A DNA stretch of 64,000 nucleotides from Candidatus Hodarchaeota archaeon. Its GTDB lineage: Archaea > Asgardarchaeota > Lokiarchaeia > Sigyniarchaeales > SOKP01. Of this stretch, positions 20,975 through 32,035 are shown piece by piece; positions within the stretch are counted from its first letter, which is position 1; each line of letters begins with the position of its first letter. Where the stretch lies: NCBI GenBank assembly GCA_048886685.1, contig JBHLKM010000013.1, positions 1 through 64,000 of the forward strand, given 5' to 3'. The position numbers and the translations under genes are program-made. The notes under the pieces were generated by a model. The model saw only the letters and a program-made list of their open reading frames with translations, was not told the DNA's origin and made no database searches.

Positions 20975-22345
20975 ATGAATAAAGAACGTATTTTAAGTGA
21001 GTTAGAAGATATTGTCGGAAAAGACTTTGCCTCAAATAAACCAGAAGATCTTTTCATATATTCGCAAGATCCTGGAGCTTCTGAACCTCGTCCTGTGGAT
21101 TTTGTAGTGATGCCGAAAACTGTTGAGGAAGTACAACAAATTGTAAAACTAGCAAATAAAGAAATAATCCCTCTAATTCCTATGGGAGGAGGGCTTACTT
21201 TAAGTGGATTGATCCTTCCTGTTCATAAAGGAATTGTTATGGATATGAAAAGAATGGATAAAATTCTAGAAATTAATAGTTTGGGACGATATGCAGTTTT
21301 AGAAGCGGGTGTAACCACAGGATCTCTGGTATCATATTTGAAAGAACATCATCCAAATTTACAAGCTCCGGTTCCTGATGCACCAACATCAGCAACAGTT
21401 GCAGGGAATGTATTAATTCATGGATCAGGTTCTCTCTCTCAAAAATATGGACATCATGCAAGCATGATTAATGGCTTGGAAGTTGTGCTACCCACAGGAG
21501 AAATAACCAAACTTGGATCGTGTGCAATTTCAGAATATTGGTTTTCAAAAGCGCCAATTCCAGATTTAATTGGTTTATTCACAAGTAGCTTCGGTACTAT
21601 GGGAATTATTACAAAAGTATCCATAAAATTATATCCAAAACCAAAAGAACGAGATATAATCTTTGGATTAACTCAAGATTTTGATGGGCTCCCAGATCTA
21701 ATGTCTAAAATAACTTTTACAGAATTCGCGGAAGATCTTATGATAGGACATTCCCATACACCTAGTAATATGAAAAATTTTTGTGCACTTATGGTATATA
21801 TAACAGGAAACTCAAAAGAAGAAATGGATTTAAAAAGATCTACAATAGAAAAGATATTTAAAGAAAAGAATATTCAAGTAGCCCCAATAATGGGTCAAAC
21901 AAGGACATATTTAATGGATCATCCTCAATATACAGCTGCGTTTGCAGCAGACTGGAGAAAGGGAGGGGGTTTCGAATATGTAGGGTCATTTATTCCATTA
22001 GAAAAAATTCCTGAGGCAATCGAAAAAGGAGTAATAATATCGAAGAAATATGGGTTAGTACCATCGTTATTATGCAGAATAATAGGAAGTGGTCATGCGG
22101 TCATGTTTTCTGTAACATTCCCATTTAATCGGGCAGATCCCGCTGATATGAAAAATGCTAGAGAAGGATTAGAAGAAACAAACAAAATGATTTTGGAGAT
22201 AGGCGGAATTCCCTGGAAAACAGAATTAATAGGCCAAAAACTCACTATGAAAAAAGCAGATCCGCATTATAAGGGATTATTTAAACGAGTTCGAAATCTT
22301 ATAGATCCAAATGGGATAATGAACCCAGGAAATTGGGAGGTGTAA
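20975..22345 (+). CDS. FAD-binding oxidoreductase (VAO/GlcD family)
   Basis: GGGLTLSG, GTMGIITK, DPNGIMNPG. Confidence 0.85.
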   Translation: MNKERILSELEDIVGKDFASNKPEDLFIYSQDPGASEPRPVDFVVMPKTVEEVQQIVKLANKEIIPLIPMGGGLTLSGLILPVHKGIVMDMKRMDKILEINSLGRYAVLEAGVTTGSLVSYLKEHHPNLQAPVPDAPTSATVAGNVLIHGSGSLSQKYGHHASMINGLEVVLPTGEITKLGSCAISEYWFSKAPIPDLIGLFTSSFGTMGIITKVSIKLYPKPKERDIIFGLTQDFDGLPDLMSKITFTEFAEDLMIGHSHTPSNMKNFCALMVYITGNSKEEMDLKRSTIEKIFKEKNIQVAPIMGQTRTYLMDHPQYTAAFAADWRKGGGFEYVGSFIPLEKIPEAIEKGVIISKKYGLVPSLLCRIIGSGHAVMFSVTFPFNRADPADMKNAREGLEETNKMILEIGGIPWKTELIGQKLTMKKADPHYKGLFKRVRNLIDPNGIMNPGNWEV

Positions 22346-22348
22346 AAA

Positions 22349-23560
22349 ATGTTATCAAATCAAAAAAGTCGAGAAGAGTTAGGATTGAAATATTATGAAC
22401 AAATAATACACAGGTGCTTTAGATGTGGATACTGCAAGTTTACAGGGGATTATATAACTATCAACTGCCCGAGTTATAAAAAGTTCAGGTTTGAATCTTT
22501 CAGTGCGGGGGGACGTCTGTGGTTAATCTGCGGGTTAATGTCTAATGAACTCGAATGGAGTGACTATATGAGTAAGATTCTATATGCTTGTACGACATGT
22601 GGAAACTGTGGCGAGAACTGTAAACTCTTGAGTCGAAAACTTGGACCGGAATTTGCAGTAGATATAATTGAATTAGCACGGGCTGAAGCATTCAAAAATG
22701 GATTTTGTTCAGAAAAAACTATTAATTTCGGAAATCATACTAGTAAAGAACATAATCCTTATTTTGAAAAACATACAGATAGATTATCTTGGCTCCTTGA
22801 TGATTTTAAAAATCCCGAAGATCCGGAAATTGGATATTTTGTAGGGTGTACATCATCCTATCGTGAAGAAGAATTAGCTAAAAATACTTTTGAAGTTCTC
22901 AAGAAAATTGGCGTCAAATTTGCCATATTTCGAGAGGAATGGTGCTGTGGATCACCACTACTTAGAACAGGGCAAAGGGAAATTGCAATAACCCAAGCCA
23001 AACATAATATTGAACTGTTTAAAAGTAAAAATATCAAAACCATTGTTACTTCTTGTGCGGGCTGTTATAGAACCATCAAGGAAGATTACTCAAGAATTTT
23101 TTACGATGAAATTTCGGAAGATAAATTGCCATTTGAAGTACTTCATATTTCAGAATACATCAAAAGGCTCTTGGATGAAAATAAAATTGAATTCAAAAAG
23201 GATTTAAATGGAACAAAAATAGTAACATATCACGATCCATGCCATCTCGGTCGCCATGCTGGGCTGTATGATGAACCAAGAGAAATTATTAAGAGAATTC
23301 CTGGGATAGAGTTTAAGGAAATGCACAAAATTAAAGGTGATGCAACATGTTGCGGTGCTGGAGGAGGTGTCAAATCCGGATTTTCTGAATGGGCTCTGGA
23401 AATGGCGAGCAATCGCATTGAAGAAGCATTAGATAGAGGGGCAGAAATATTGATAACTACTTGTCCGTTCTGCGAAAATAATTTCACAGATGCCATAAAA
23501 GAACATAATTATGATATCCAAGTCTTAGATTTAGTGAATTTATTAAATGAATTGTTGTAA
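22349..23560 (+). CDS. Fe-S oxidoreductase with CCG domains (GlcF/HdrD-like)
   Basis: CFRCGYC, CTTCGNC, WCCG, YHDPCHLGR, CCGAGGG. Confidence 0.88.
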   Translation: MLSNQKSREELGLKYYEQIIHRCFRCGYCKFTGDYITINCPSYKKFRFESFSAGGRLWLICGLMSNELEWSDYMSKILYACTTCGNCGENCKLLSRKLGPEFAVDIIELARAEAFKNGFCSEKTINFGNHTSKEHNPYFEKHTDRLSWLLDDFKNPEDPEIGYFVGCTSSYREEELAKNTFEVLKKIGVKFAIFREEWCCGSPLLRTGQREIAITQAKHNIELFKSKNIKTIVTSCAGCYRTIKEDYSRIFYDEISEDKLPFEVLHISEYIKRLLDENKIEFKKDLNGTKIVTYHDPCHLGRHAGLYDEPREIIKRIPGIEFKEMHKIKGDATCCGAGGGVKSGFSEWALEMASNRIEEALDRGAEILITTCPFCENNFTDAIKEHNYDIQVLDLVNLLNELL

Positions 23561-23615
23561 AAATGGAAATTAATTAAAAAATAAAAATATAAAAATTAGA
23601 AAAAGGAGGAAAAAA

Positions 23616-24647
23616 ATGTTTTTAGAAGAAAAATGTAATAGGGATACATGCGGAATAGCCTGTTTAACAAAATGTTATTATATGGACTATCCAGAGCAAA
23701 AAGCAAAAGAAGAATTCGAGAAATTAATAAGAGGTGAACCGTCTACAATTACTTCAGAATGTATCACCTGCTGTGCTTGCACTCAGTATTGCCCACATGA
23801 AGCAGATCCCTTTGATCTCATTAGTAGGAGAATGGAAGAAACAGGAACCTTTATCGGGGGTGAACGCGCTGCCATTCAGATGAGAGGAGCTAATGCTATG
23901 CCTTCCTCAGTAAAAAAGGGAGACTCTGATAAACCTATAATGAATCTTTGTACCGTTAATATGATTGTGGGAGCGATTGAAGGGCAATTATTCGAAGGAT
24001 TAACTCTTCTTCAAGGAGGAGATTATTTCTGTCAAATTGGCGGATATCATGGAGGCATACCAAGTATGGTAAGAGATAATGCTCAGAAATTCATTGATAA
24101 CCTTGCAAAGGTGGTTCCAGACGACAATTACCTGATTTGTTTTCATGACGATTGCTTTATGATGTTAGACCATTACGCAAAAGATTTTGGAGTGGAAATT
24201 CCCTTTAGATATATCCATATAATCGAATATCTTCGGGATTATGTAAAAGAAAATCTCGATAAAATAAAGAAACTAGATATAAAAATAGCATACCAACAAC
24301 CGTGTGCATCTCGTATAGGAATGGATGCTTTTAGGAAAAAAGATAAAATGCTAGATGAGCTATTTGAATTATTGGGTGTTGAACGAGTAGACAGAAAGTA
24401 TGACCGAGAAGGAGCGCTCTGTTGCACAGCTGTTATTTCTCCTAATGATAAATATTGGAAAATGAACATTGCTGATGCTAAGAATGCTGGAGCAGAAGCA
24501 ATGGTGTTTCTTTGTCCTTTCTGTTGTCTATACTTAAGGAGCAAGGCTCAAGCAGAAGGTCTTGAACCTTATTTTTTAAGCAATCTAGTAAGGGAAGCGT
24601 TAGGTGAAAGTCTCCCTAAAGGTAGGGCTGGAAAAATATATGAATAA
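23616..24647 (+). CDS. Fe-S binding / CCG-domain oxidoreductase subunit
   Basis: CITCCACTQYCP, CFHDDC, YQQPCASR, LCC, CPFC. Confidence 0.75.
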   Translation: MFLEEKCNRDTCGIACLTKCYYMDYPEQKAKEEFEKLIRGEPSTITSECITCCACTQYCPHEADPFDLISRRMEETGTFIGGERAAIQMRGANAMPSSVKKGDSDKPIMNLCTVNMIVGAIEGQLFEGLTLLQGGDYFCQIGGYHGGIPSMVRDNAQKFIDNLAKVVPDDNYLICFHDDCFMMLDHYAKDFGVEIPFRYIHIIEYLRDYVKENLDKIKKLDIKIAYQQPCASRIGMDAFRKKDKMLDELFELLGVERVDRKYDREGALCCTAVISPNDKYWKMNIADAKNAGAEAMVFLCPFCCLYLRSKAQAEGLEPYFLSNLVREALGESLPKGRAGKIYE

Positions 24648-24698
24648 AAATAAGATAAAAATATAATATTTTTTTAATTTTTCTCATTCTATACTATT

Positions 24699-25715
24699 TT
24701 AATAATCTAATTCCTCACCTAGAGCGATTCTGCATAAATCACTTAATAAATATAATTTTAATCCTTTTCTCTGTATTTTGGATCCCATTGTTTCTTGACA
24801 CATTGGACAAACAAATATGCATGCTTCGGCACCATGATCAATCATATCTTGAATATTTTTATCCTGAGTTGGTGTTCTTAAATTAGCTTTACCAAATGTA
24901 GCAAATGGCGCTGTGCAACACAGTGCATTCTCTCTATCATAAGTCCTTTTAACTCTTTCCACACCTATAAGATCACAGATATTATCAACATATTTTTCTA
25001 TTTCGGGAATAAACCTATTAGAGCAACTACGTTGATAAGCTATTTTCATATTCAATTTATTTATTTCTGACTCATGATCCTTGAGATATTCATAAAGATA
25101 TTCAAAGAGATGAATTGGTTTGAACCCTTCAGGTAGTTCTATATTATTTCGTTTACAATAAGAAGTATAAAAACCGTAACACTCGTCATGGAAGCAAATC
25201 ATTTCCTTAATTCCTTGCTTTTTTATGTTTTCTAAGATAATTGGGGCCCTTTCTTTGATAACCGAATCCTTTGCAACATGATGATATAATAAATTACAAA
25301 AATATGAAAGTCCACTAACATATTGCAGGTTTTCAAATAATTTTCCCTCCATATTCTTTGCATTTGTTCGTGGAAAGGCGCATTTATTTAACACAGGTTT
25401 CCCAAGATCAATATCTTTTAGCCTTAATTCATCATGAGGTTTATATCTCGTTATTGTTGCTTCCAACATCTGAGCAGGAATATTAAAAGTATTGAATTTT
25501 TCCTGTAATTCTGTTTTTAGATCAAATGGGTGTGAGTCATGCGGGCAATACTCATCACACGCGAAACAGGTAACGCATTCTTTTAAAACAAAAGAATCTT
25601 CACCTTTAATCATTTTCTCCATTTCTTTTCTTGCTGTTTCTTTATCAATATCCATCCATTGACATCTAGTTAGGCATTCGACATTGCAATTAAAGCAATT
25701 AGATTTATCAAACAT
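24699..25715 (-). CDS. Fe-S binding / CCG-domain oxidoreductase subunit, paralogue of 23616..24647
   Basis: CVTCFACDEYCP, CFHDEC, YQRSCSNR, YDRENALCC, CPMC. Confidence 0.75.
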   Translation of the reverse strand: MFDKSNCFNCNVECLTRCQWMDIDKETARKEMEKMIKGEDSFVLKECVTCFACDEYCPHDSHPFDLKTELQEKFNTFNIPAQMLEATITRYKPHDELRLKDIDLGKPVLNKCAFPRTNAKNMEGKLFENLQYVSGLSYFCNLLYHHVAKDSVIKERAPIILENIKKQGIKEMICFHDECYGFYTSYCKRNNIELPEGFKPIHLFEYLYEYLKDHESEINKLNMKIAYQRSCSNRFIPEIEKYVDNICDLIGVERVKRTYDRENALCCTAPFATFGKANLRTPTQDKNIQDMIDHGAEACIFVCPMCQETMGSKIQRKGLKLYLLSDLCRIALGEELDY

Positions 25716-25834
25716 AATTTAATCAATTTGAGAATTTTATAATTTAAGATTCAAATATTCTGAAAATATTTTTAATTTTATGAAAATATGTCTAATAGAC
25801 CCAAAATAAAATTAATTCGGAATAATTATAAGAA

Positions 25835-27016
25835 ATGGTTAAAATGGAAAGTATAATAGTTAATTTAAAGGATGAGGATTTAGCTTTCAAGGAAGAAATT
25901 GATAGAATAATTCTAAATGAGGTTGCACCTCATGTTGATGAAGTTGAACAAGGAAAAATGGATATCTGGGATGTAATCCGACCACTAGGAAAACATGGTT
26001 TAATAGGGGTTTCCTATCCGAAAGAATTTGGAGGTCGGGGTGGTAATGCTACTCAAGAACTTCTAATGACTGAAGCTCTTTGTTATCAAAGTTACCCTAT
26101 GGATATGAGCCGAGGAGCATCAACATATCCAGCATGGTTAATACGGGCCTTTGGGAAAACAAAATTACTTCGAAAATATATCGATCCTCTAGTAAAAGGA
26201 GAAAAAATAGGCTGCTTTTGCTTTACCGAACCAGATGCAGGCAGCGATCTCTCGAGGATGAAAACTATTTATGAAAAAGATGAAAAAAATGAAGAGTTTA
26301 TATTAAATGGAGAGAAACGGTTTATTACTAATGGGAGTGTAGCTGACACTCTTGTTGTGTATGCCCGAAATGGTGCTTTTATAGTTCAGTCGGATTGGGA
26401 AGGTTTTGAAGTTATTGAAGAATATTCGATGATGGGTCTTCATGGACTCCACCTTGGACACCTAAAATTCAACAATGTCAGAATCCCGAAAGAAAATGAA
26501 CTTTTTTATAGAGAACCTAAACCATCCACCGAAGGTACCAGAAAAAGAAGGACTGAAGCTATATCAAGTATGCAGCAATTTCTTGGTCCAGAGCGAGTAT
26601 CTATGGCTTTACAAGCAATTAGTGTCGCAAAAAGAGCATTAGATGAAGCCATTCGTTATTCAAGGGAACGTGTTCAGTTTAATAGACCTATAAGTGAGTT
26701 TGAAGGAATCAGTTTCAAAATTGCGGAAATGGCAACAAATTATGAAGCGGGGAAAGCGCTAGTGCAAAAAGCACTACAAAATATGAGTGACGGAAAATTA
26801 GCTGCGATGGCTAAACTTTTTGCTTGCACTAATAGTTTTAAGATTTGTGATGATGCCTTACAGATTTTAGGTGGAATTGGTTATACAAATAAATATCCTG
26901 TTGAGAGGTGTCTACGAGACATTAGGTTATCACGAATAGGGGGAGGTACGGACGAAATAATGAAATATATCATTCAAAAAGAGATTTATAAACAACTCGC
27001 AGGGAAGTCAAGCTAA
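25835..27016 (+). CDS. Acyl-CoA dehydrogenase
   Basis: FTEPDAGSD, LNGEKRFITNG, RVQFNRPI, QILGGIGY, IGGGTDEI. Confidence 0.93.
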   Translation: MVKMESIIVNLKDEDLAFKEEIDRIILNEVAPHVDEVEQGKMDIWDVIRPLGKHGLIGVSYPKEFGGRGGNATQELLMTEALCYQSYPMDMSRGASTYPAWLIRAFGKTKLLRKYIDPLVKGEKIGCFCFTEPDAGSDLSRMKTIYEKDEKNEEFILNGEKRFITNGSVADTLVVYARNGAFIVQSDWEGFEVIEEYSMMGLHGLHLGHLKFNNVRIPKENELFYREPKPSTEGTRKRRTEAISSMQQFLGPERVSMALQAISVAKRALDEAIRYSRERVQFNRPISEFEGISFKIAEMATNYEAGKALVQKALQNMSDGKLAAMAKLFACTNSFKICDDALQILGGIGYTNKYPVERCLRDIRLSRIGGGTDEIMKYIIQKEIYKQLAGKSS

Positions 27017-27120
27017 AATAAAATCCTCATATTTAATCTAACTTTAAACCATAATTTTTACATTCTTTTCTTCATTTTTTTCCTTAAATTTTTTTATCAA
27101 TTTCTATAAGGTAGATTTTA

Positions 27121-27579
27121 ATTCCTGAACTGGATCAAATTTATGAAGTTTATACAAATTTATACATAGGAGCTTATTGGCCAAGATTAAACTTTAAAAA
27201 ATTTAAAGAAATCGGTATTACTGCGATTGTAAATTTAATGGAAGAAAGTCTTTACAATCCCACATCTTTAGGATTTTCATACTTACATAAAGGCTTTCCT
27301 GATAATACTTATCCTCCGCATGAATTTTTGAATGAGATTTTAGGTTTTATCGAAATGCATCTAGAGAACAATGGAAAAGTTTTAATACATTGTTCCATGG
27401 GTGTCTCTCGAAGTGGAGGATTGGTTGTTGCTTGGTTGCTAAAGAAAAATCCAACTTGGAGTTGGAGGGATGCCATTTCTTATGTCAGTAAATCAAAATT
27501 CATTGCTCCAGCTGTGGAAATAAGGGAATCTATTCTTGATTACCTTGAATCATTTGAAAATTCTAGAAGAAATTATTGA
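27121..27579 (+). CDS. Dual-specificity protein phosphatase; true start lies upstream of the track ORF and is non-AUG (ATT 27121 or CTG 27130)
   Basis: HCSMGVSRS active site. The in-frame upstream region encodes IYEVYTNLYIGA...GITAIVNL, the canonical DSP N-terminus, and is bounded by TAG at 27112. Confidence 0.85.
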   Translation: MPELDQIYEVYTNLYIGAYWPRLNFKKFKEIGITAIVNLMEESLYNPTSLGFSYLHKGFPDNTYPPHEFLNEILGFIEMHLENNGKVLIHCSMGVSRSGGLVVAWLLKKNPTWSWRDAISYVSKSKFIAPAVEIRESILDYLESFENSRRNY

Positions 27580-27714
27580 AACTTTTAACCATTAATTAAA
27601 ATGCTTATTAATGGTGTATTTGTACTCTATTCATTTACTTAAATATATAAAACAAGACTTAGATTAATTAATAAAAAGCAATTTTATTATAAAAAAATTG
27701 GAGGAGAATTATTT

Positions 27715-28068
27715 TTGTCTGAATTTGAACAAAAAGTATTAAAATTACTAGAAGAAATAAATGGAAAGCTGGATTCACTTTTAAAAGGAGGACCTACTAC
27801 ATCGAGTGCACCAATAACCGCATCTACTACCGCTCCTGACGCAACTTCTGAAGTAAGTCTTCCAAAACCTTCTGAGCTTGTTGAAAGACAAAAAGAGGAA
27901 GAAAGATTACAAGAAAAGCCCCCTGTAGAGGGCAGAAGGATCTGTCCGGAGTGTGGAGGAACCTCCTTTGCTACTCATGAAGACAAAAGTCAAGTATTAC
28001 ACCAAATGGGCGGTGTAAAAATATACGCTAAGAAATATGTTTGCAGAAATTGTGGATTTACTTATTAA
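27715..28068 (+). CDS. Small protein: short coiled-coil helix, P/T/S linker and C-terminal Zn ribbon homologous to the gelsolin C-terminus
   Basis: TTG start after GGAGGAG; EGRRICPECG...DKSQV...IYAKKYVCRNCG. Confidence 0.75.
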   Translation: MSEFEQKVLKLLEEINGKLDSLLKGGPTTSSAPITASTTAPDATSEVSLPKPSELVERQKEEERLQEKPPVEGRRICPECGGTSFATHEDKSQVLHQMGGVKIYAKKYVCRNCGFTY

Positions 28069-28365
28069 TAAATACTTGCAGAATTTCTCTTTTTCTTTTT
28101 AATTTTATTTAATTAATAAGGTATAAGAAATATATATCCAGAATTTATGAGTATGAAACTTACCATTGTTTGTTTATCAGATAAGTAAAATAAGCTGGAA
28201 TCTTGTTAGTAATTATTTTTTTATTTAGTTTTTAACTTGAAGTCTAATTCTTCTTTGATTTTATCACGATCATTGCCTTATTTGTCATTTCAGTTAGGTT
28301 TTTATCTTGAATATTCTTAACTTCTTTAATAGAGAATTAGATAAGAGATAATGGTGTACTTATAA

Positions 28366-29451
28366 ATTCCTCATTGGAGAGTCAAAAAGTGGATTCAATA
28401 CATAAAGAACTTTATTTTAAATAATTTTACAAGTATAAAGGTTCCATACTCCGCCCAAATAGAACTAACCCTACGATGCAATGGGAAATGTCCCTTTTGT
28501 TCAATACACTCTTTACCAAAATCTATTATTGGTGAAGATATGAGTACTAAACAAATTATGCATTTAATTGACCAAATTGCAGATTTAGGTGTACTAGCGT
28601 TGTCATTTACAGGAGGTGAGCCTACACTCAGAAAAGATCTTCCAGATCTCATATACTATACAGGAGTTGTTCATGATTTTATGAATGGTATAGCTACTAA
28701 TGGTTATTTACTACCGCAATTATTTAAAAACCATAAATTTGAAGGCTTGGATTATATTCTGTTCTCTCTTGATTACCCTAAGGCGGAATTACATGATAAA
28801 ATGCGTGGAATTAAAGTATTTGATAAAGTAATAGAGTCCATAAAATTTGCTAATAAATATGATATAAAGCCAATAATCAGTACGGTAGTAATGAACGATA
28901 ATTTAAAATATTTAGAAAATATGTGTGAATTAGCTGAAAATTTAAATTGTTCTATTGAAATATATCCCTGTGAGGATATTATAAGAGATTATCCTGGAAA
29001 TCGTTATCAAATCGATAACATTTATGATTTAATCCCAGATGTTCCTATTTGGGCAAATATCATGCGGTCATTAAGAAGACAATATAAAAATATTTTAACA
29101 GATCCTATTTCTATTAAGGTAATCGAAAATGGAGGATTCGGAGGTTATCCCTCATATCATCAAAAGACATTGCGTTGTCATGTCGCTGAAGCTTATATTT
29201 TTATTAGTCATGATGGGTATGTTCACTATCCATGCAAAATCCACCCCATAACTAGTTTTAATACCTTGAAATATCCCTTACGTAATATCTATTATTCGAA
29301 AAAAGTAAAGGATATTAAAAAAAGACATGATAGTTATAATTTCTGTGAACATTGTCGTTTAGGTTGTGCTATAGCATCGTCAATTCCAACTCGTTGGAGG
29401 ACTGTTTACTCTAAATATATAAAAGGATTCTTGGATGGCAATTTAAGATAG
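28366..29451 (+). CDS. Radical SAM protein with C-terminal SPASM/twitch-like domain; start lies upstream of the track ORF
   Basis: CNGKCPFC (CxxxCxxC) is encoded in frame at 28477-28500, upstream of the track ATG; FTGGEP; C-terminal Cys cluster. Confidence 0.85.
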   Translation: MPHWRVKKWIQYIKNFILNNFTSIKVPYSAQIELTLRCNGKCPFCSIHSLPKSIIGEDMSTKQIMHLIDQIADLGVLALSFTGGEPTLRKDLPDLIYYTGVVHDFMNGIATNGYLLPQLFKNHKFEGLDYILFSLDYPKAELHDKMRGIKVFDKVIESIKFANKYDIKPIISTVVMNDNLKYLENMCELAENLNCSIEIYPCEDIIRDYPGNRYQIDNIYDLIPDVPIWANIMRSLRRQYKNILTDPISIKVIENGGFGGYPSYHQKTLRCHVAEAYIFISHDGYVHYPCKIHPITSFNTLKYPLRNIYYSKKVKDIKKRHDSYNFCEHCRLGCAIASSIPTRWRTVYSKYIKGFLDGNLR

Positions 29452-29573
29452 ATATGGGCACTAATGATTAAAATGATGAGTTCTTTACTAAAATTTAAAT
29501 CATTAAGTAAATTGAAAATAAATTTCAAAAAATTTAATTAAAGGCGTGTTTTTCCTTATATAGTGATAGCTTT

Positions 29574-30182
29574 ATGTCAAATGTGGTAATTATTCTTCAA
29601 ATCATGCTAATAACCATTAGTATGATAATCTTAGGTATGATCCTCAACAAAATTTTAGGTTTATCAAAAGAAAAAATAACAGAATTTAGGGAACGTGCTT
29701 CAAACCTTCAAGAACGGATAAGAAATGCTCAGGTTATTGGTGATGTACAAATGATGGCACAGCTACAGCGTGAAATACTGCAATTTACAAAACAGATTAT
29801 GTTAAAGCAATTTGTTCCATTATGTTTAAGATGTTTTATTTTTATTGGGATTTTTGCTATCCTTGGATTTATTTATTCAGATTATAATAGTGGCTTATTA
29901 CCTTTTCCTTTGTTAATTTTTGGTAGTGGATGGATAGCATTTTATTTTATGTTTTCCATAAGTTTCTCATTAGCGGTTTATGGGATAAAAAGACTTTATA
30001 ATAGAATTACAGGAAAAGCTATTTCCACTCAAAGTCATTTAAGAGAAATTATGCAGTTAGTTTCTCCAACCCAACGAACTTCTGGAATTTCATTCCAAGT
30101 TTCAGATGGTGTACATCCAAGTAAAGTAGAGGATAGTTCTTCTGAAAGATTTGATTCATGGAAGGAACGTATTCAAAAATAA
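29574..30182 (+). CDS. EMC3/TMCO1/Get1-like (DUF106, Oxa1 superfamily) membrane insertase candidate
   Basis: TM1, cytosolic coiled-coil hairpin, TM2, then LPFP...GW.aFY TM3 topology. Confidence 0.65.
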   Translation: MSNVVIILQIMLITISMIILGMILNKILGLSKEKITEFRERASNLQERIRNAQVIGDVQMMAQLQREILQFTKQIMLKQFVPLCLRCFIFIGIFAILGFIYSDYNSGLLPFPLLIFGSGWIAFYFMFSISFSLAVYGIKRLYNRITGKAISTQSHLREIMQLVSPTQRTSGISFQVSDGVHPSKVEDSSSERFDSWKERIQK

Positions 30183-30294
30183 TTATAAAGAACTATAATT
30201 TGCCTATACAATATTCTTTCATCATTATAGTGAAATTTAAAAAAATATAAAAAAGTGAAAATATCTGACAGAAGAAAATAATATTAAAAGGCAG

Positions 30295-30747
30295 ATGACG
30301 CTGTATTTTATTTTTGCTGCCTTGATGATCGGATTAAATTATCTCATCCAAAAATTAAATCAAATAATCGCACCTTCCATATGCGCCACCTTTGGAGGAA
30401 CTGATTTTCTTCAAACATTTTATTGCTCAACTGACCCATTTAATATGCCAGAATTGATTGGCTCTATTATCGCTGTTGGTATGACCTATATTATTAAATT
30501 TTTCTTAGATAAATACATAGTTTTTAAAGTAGGTGGAACAGAACTGAGAGAAACCTCAATAGAATTTATTAAATATTTTGGATTTGCTATTCTTACAACT
30601 ATAGAAAACATTGGGATTCAATTTTTATTAACCAATTTTCTTAATACTCCTTTAGAAGTAAGCTTTATAGTTGCTTTATCCATTGGATATATAACTAAAT
30701 TTTTCCTAGATAGGCATTATGTATTTTTAAAAAAATTTGAAGAATAA
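30295..30747 (+). CDS. GtrA family membrane protein
   Basis: Duplicated KFFLD(K/R)xxVF motif; 4 TM segments. Confidence 0.75.
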   Translation: MTLYFIFAALMIGLNYLIQKLNQIIAPSICATFGGTDFLQTFYCSTDPFNMPELIGSIIAVGMTYIIKFFLDKYIVFKVGGTELRETSIEFIKYFGFAILTTIENIGIQFLLTNFLNTPLEVSFIVALSIGYITKFFLDRHYVFLKKFEE

Positions 30748-30782
30748 AAAAATTTAATAGATCGAAAGGTGTTTTAATTCAT

Positions 30783-31883
30783 ATGTCAGATGAACAAGAA
30801 GAACGTGAAGAAGAAGAAGATAAATCGATCACAGAAGCTTTAGGACAACTTGGTTGGGTGGAAGAAAAAGAAGAAGAAGAAGTCCTTGAAGAGGGTGAAG
30901 ACCTTTTAGAGCAGCTTAATTTTTTTAAAGAAGAAAACAAGAGATTAATAGAAGAAATCAATGAAAAGAATAATCTCATTAATGAAAAAATTGAAATAAT
31001 ACGCAATCTTGAATCCAATCTTCAAAACTTATCAAAACAATCAGAAGACAAGTCAGATCAAGATCAAACAATACAAAAACTATATGAAACAATCGAAAGC
31101 AAAAACGATGAAATAGAACAATTGAATACACTTCGTGATGAGGAATCTGCCAAATTACAGAAAATTATAGATGATCAGGTTCAAAAAATAAAAGAATTAA
31201 CATCTCAGATTGAGGACTACCATTCAGGTCAGACTGATTTGTTAAGTAAAAAAGATGTTCAAATTAAAGAGTTAGAAGAACAGCTTCAATATCTTGAAGG
31301 TGATACAATTCAAAAGTCGAAGTTTCAAAAACTCGAAGTACTTCTCGAGAAAAAGGATGAGCTTATAACCGAAAAAGAGAAAACTATCTTTACCCTCGAA
31401 AATTCATTAAAGACAGCCAATCAACAAATACAAGAAATCCAACAGCAACAAGAAACGTTTAATCTAGTTAAAAAAGATCTTGAGAAAAAAACAGAACGAA
31501 ATAAAGAATTAGTAGTAGAAATGGAAGAATTAAAACAAAAAAATATTACAAATTCCGAATTAATAAATCGCCTCGAAGAAAAATTGGAGGAAGCTCATAG
31601 AACATCAGGAAATATTACTGGAAAATTCGAGGTAGAATTAGGCAATTTGAGAAACGTTTTAGATGGAAAAAACGATGAAATCATAGCTTTAAAAGAAAAA
31701 TATGATAAAATGGATTCTGAACTTCAAGAATACAAAAAAATTGAAGAAAAGATTTTAGGTGATCTTCAGGATCTAAAAGACGAGAAACTCATATTCGAGT
31801 CTGAACTTGAAAATAAAGATAATGAAATAATAGATCTAAAGAAAAGAATTAAGTTAATGCGTAGAGATATGCAAAAATCATAA
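30783..31883 (+). CDS. Long coiled-coil protein with acidic N-terminus
   Basis: About 320 aa of E/K/L/Q heptads with no prolines. Confidence 0.75.
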   Translation: MSDEQEEREEEEDKSITEALGQLGWVEEKEEEEVLEEGEDLLEQLNFFKEENKRLIEEINEKNNLINEKIEIIRNLESNLQNLSKQSEDKSDQDQTIQKLYETIESKNDEIEQLNTLRDEESAKLQKIIDDQVQKIKELTSQIEDYHSGQTDLLSKKDVQIKELEEQLQYLEGDTIQKSKFQKLEVLLEKKDELITEKEKTIFTLENSLKTANQQIQEIQQQQETFNLVKKDLEKKTERNKELVVEMEELKQKNITNSELINRLEEKLEEAHRTSGNITGKFEVELGNLRNVLDGKNDEIIALKEKYDKMDSELQEYKKIEEKILGDLQDLKDEKLIFESELENKDNEIIDLKKRIKLMRRDMQKS

Positions 31884-32035
31884 ACAATAAACATCTTAAT
31901 CTTGTTTTTATTGGAATATTATTTACCCAATTTGTTTATCCCAATTATCTTATACTATGATCTTTAAAAATTTAATAAGATCGACCATTAAAAAAAAAAA
32001 AGATTAAAAAAATAAACACTATTTAGGTTTGGGGG

